From Azolla caroliniana (Eukaryota > Plantae > Polypodiophyta), in assembly GCA_043228905.1 (NCBI GenBank), contig JBHGNT010000001.1, positions 34,472,001 to 34,536,000 of the forward strand: a stretch of DNA of 64,000 nucleotides. Direction: 5' to 3'. Each line of letters starts with the position of its first letter. The first letter of the stretch is position 1. Below, piece by piece: positions 61,301 through 64,000 of the stretch. The position numbers and the translations under genes were made by a program. The notes under the pieces were generated by a model that saw only the letters and a list, made by a program, of their open reading frames with translations, was not told where the DNA came from and did not search any database.

Positions 61301-62053
61301 TGTCAGGGGCCTGAAGATTGAGGACAAATTGGAGACAGCCAATTTGGATGAGAGCGGAATTGAATCAAAAGTGTTCGATTCGGATATGCTGAATCAACTG
61401 AAGGCCATGCGGAGAAAAGGGCAGCAAAGGACACGCCGACAATGCGACAGCAAGGGCGCTAAGAAGGGCCGAACAAGCAGATAAGCTGACCGGAAGGGTC
61501 GAAGCACGTGGAATCGAACGGATTGAGGAGCGCAAGCGAGGCATGAAGCCAGAAGGAACCGGAGCGTAGATCCGGAAGAGCGGACGGAACCTCAAGTTGA
61601 GCTTGAGGGGGAATGTTGAGAGACAAGCTCAACATTCGGTGCGTAATCGGGTGCGTAACCCAGTGTGTAAACTGGGTGCGTAGAACCATGTGCACAATAG
61701 GCCATAGCGGTGCGTAAATCGTGAGGCCGTTAGAAAGATATTCCTCGAAAGGAATAATTTTGGGAGTGAGTGTAGCGGCTCATTTATGAGCGTCAAGTAC
61801 TATCAGTACTTGTGTCGGCCCATTTGTCAGGGCTTGTATAAAAGGTGCTCACTAAGCATAGTGTATGTACACATGGGATCATTATTTTGAATCTAGTTTT
61901 CTGTTGTCTGCTCTCTCTATCTCGCTCCCTCTCCATCTCCATCTCTGCATTTTCTATGTTTTATCGAACTGTCTTATTCCTTCGAACTGTCTTATTCCTT
62001 CGAACTGTGTACTCTGTGTTTACACACGCTTCCGCACAATGTATTCTTTTACA
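55355..62053 (+). mobile_element. Ty1/copia element F (Ale-like, close to B), full length, decayed
   Basis: LTRs 55355-55778 and 61614-62053; TSD TAAAT; iMet PBS 55779; gag-pol with frameshifts; RNase H split at WAGN|AHDR. Confidence 0.94.
59718..60639 (-). mobile_element. 922-bp solo LTR-like insertion in RNase H of copia F
   Basis: TGTCG..CGACA termini; 4-bp TSD ACGT/ACGC; removal restores GGA AAC GCC CAC; minus-strand TATA (cttatataaagagg) followed by TC-rich tract. Confidence 0.85.
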
Positions 62054-62969
62054 TAAATCAATGGGATTTTGGGTTGGGGAAGGTCTTACTCCTACTTGGT
62101 GTCCAAACAGTGGATTCCGTTGGATACCAAAGGGCTCTCTTGTGAGATATTTAGGATGCCAAGTGGGAATTAATCTTCCTCCAAAAGCTCATATACAACC
62201 ATTACTGCTTTCTTTGAGGAAAAAATTGATTTTTTGGAGTTCTAAGAATTTGTCACTTGCTAGGAGGCTAGTTATTTCTAATCAAGTATTACTCTCCTCA
62301 ATGTGCTATATTCTATCCTCTTGGTTATTCTTCATATCATTGTTGTCAAAGTTACAGAGATTTATTAGGAATTTTTTATGGGGATCTACTGATTTTAATT
62401 ATGTTAGACCAAAGGTAGCTTGGAAAACTATTATAGCACTAACTTCTCAAGGGGGTTTAGGTTTGGTAGATCCCTGATGCAATCTAAGGCATTATTGGCA
62501 AAATTTATTGTACGAGGATTACTGCCAGGAAATGAGCCGTGGAAGATGCTTCTTCAATTGAGAATGAAAGAGGTCTTCCTGAAAACTGGAGGTGAATGGA
62601 CAAGGTCTCTCCGATGGTGGTTTATTCCTAACTTTCATTCGCATAAGATAGTGTTTCAAAATGATAGATTCTTCGCTACGATAAAGCGAGCCTAGTGGTC
62701 CATAAAGGATAACTTGCAACAAGTTCGACCCAAGTCGGTGGATGAATGGTTACATCAGCCATTGGTTTGGAATCCTTTACTTCTAGACGTTGAAGGGTCT
62801 ATGTTGGGGAGGAGAGTCAGATTAAATTATGCTCAAGTGGACTGAGTCTCATCTTTTGCCTCATCCCTTAGTAATTGGCAATAGTTTGTTCACAACCCTA
62901 CTCATATTATTCAACAAGAATGTAGAGGAATAAGAGGAGGAAAGGTGATAGTTGATGAGTTAAGGAAGT

Positions 62970-64000
62970 TGTAAGGAATAGACCCTTCTATTCACCTTCA
63001 CCGTTCGGCCACAACCGAGTAAGCGCGAATCGATGGAGCAGAAAATAGGAACCACAAAGAGAAACAAAACGCGAGTACACAGAGAGTAACGTGGAAAACC
63101 CTAGACGGGAAAAACCACGGGAGTACAAGGCTCCAAACCAACACTATACAGAGAAGTATACAATGGCGAGCTGCAAGGCGACGACCTTGAGCTCGCTGTC
63201 CTCGCCACAGGCGGCGGAAATACACAGAGGCGTCTACCTCTTCCTCTCTCTCACGCGCTATCTCTCTCTCTCTCTCTCACGGCTGCTTACACTTCACTCC
63301 TCTTGCGTGGAAAAACAGAAAAATGAGAAGCAACAGTAAAACTGTTTGCCCTAAGTCATATTTATACTTATATGACTTTGGGCTATTTACAACTATAGCC
63401 TCAGGGGCCCATAGCGAACATATTCACGGATATGTCCCTGCATCCGGATCGCTCTCCGGGTACATTCGTCATCCGGCACCGAAGCCGGGGTCTTCGTCAT
63501 CCGGTTCCAAAACCGAAACCGGGCTTGTCGGCATTCATCTCCGATATCCGACCATCCCATCCGAAAGGGACCGAAATCCCAACAAACTCCCCCTTCACTT
63601 CGGCATGGGATGTCTCTCCAATCCGATCCTCTTCCGGCATGCTTCCAGCTTGTCGGGTGTGAGCACCTTGGTCAGCATATCCGACCCGTTCTCGTCCGTG
63701 TGGACCTTCGTCAGCACGAACTCCTTGTCTTCTATCCTTTCCCGGATCCAGTGATATCTTCGCTGGATGTGCTTCGTCCGGGAGTGATAGGCCGCGTTCT
63801 TCGCAAGGTGGATTGCACTCTGACTGTCGCAGTAGAGTCGGTACTCCTCCTGTTGGATACCGAGCTCTCTAATGAAGTCCTTCATCCATATTATTTCCTT
63901 GCCGGCTTCAACAGCCGCCATGTACTCCGCCTCCGTGGTTGACAACGCAACCGTCTTCTGCAGCCTCGACTGCCATGAAACAGCTCCCCCTGCATACGTC
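62970..64000 (-). mobile_element. 3' end of Ty1/copia element G (3' LTR 62970-63584, PPT, RNase H); continues beyond the window
   Basis: RNase H ..STTEAEY..KHIQRRYHW..LERHPMPK* ending 63595, nearly identical to copia C; LTR TG..CA. Confidence 0.92.

Larger units (their letters stand above)
48440..62969 (+). mobile_element. Decayed L1/Tx1-type LINE ORF2 in pieces (~48440-48543, 53755-55354, 62059-62969)
   Basis: APE motifs LSRLDRIY and SDHAP; PGNDGL; WRPITLLNTIYK; LDFEKAYDKVDW; SVRQGCPL; FANDT; INWHK|S; RYLG; RNFLWG; GGLGL. Continuous across TSDs TAACT and TAAAT. Left boundary approximate. Confidence 0.88.

Overview
Eukaryotic, land-plant genomic DNA (probably a non-seed plant such as a fern; inferred from the gene family and the retroelement lineages). 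Only two host genes are supported: an intronless head-to-head pair of secreted, catalytically dead pepsin-fold proteins of the xylanase/xyloglucanase-inhibitor family (TAXI/XEGIP/EDGP/basic 7S globulin), at 4203-5585(-) and 7763-9136(+). From ~10.8 kb to the end the window is a nested transposon pile. It holds at least seven Ty1/copia elements (one intact, with near-identical LTRs, 31892-37412), Ty3/gypsy remnants (tRNA-Trp-primed and Tcn1/Tf1-like), two solo LTRs and an L1-type LINE split by two copia insertions. The most unusual object is a 4031-bp TIR element (12737-16767; 37-bp TIRs beginning AACACC, 4-bp TSD AGAA) inserted into a young copia gag. It carries a ~2-kb array of ~20 palindromes flanked by two outward-pointing gene remnants. 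Other notable signals are a -1 frameshift slippery site with a pseudoknot, tRNA-like A/B-box modules inside LTRs, duplicated PPTs bracketing a pol extension, CG-centred 4-bp target sites and a gag-swapped recombinant copia. Coordinates and mismatch counts were read by eye, and family names were not checked against any database.
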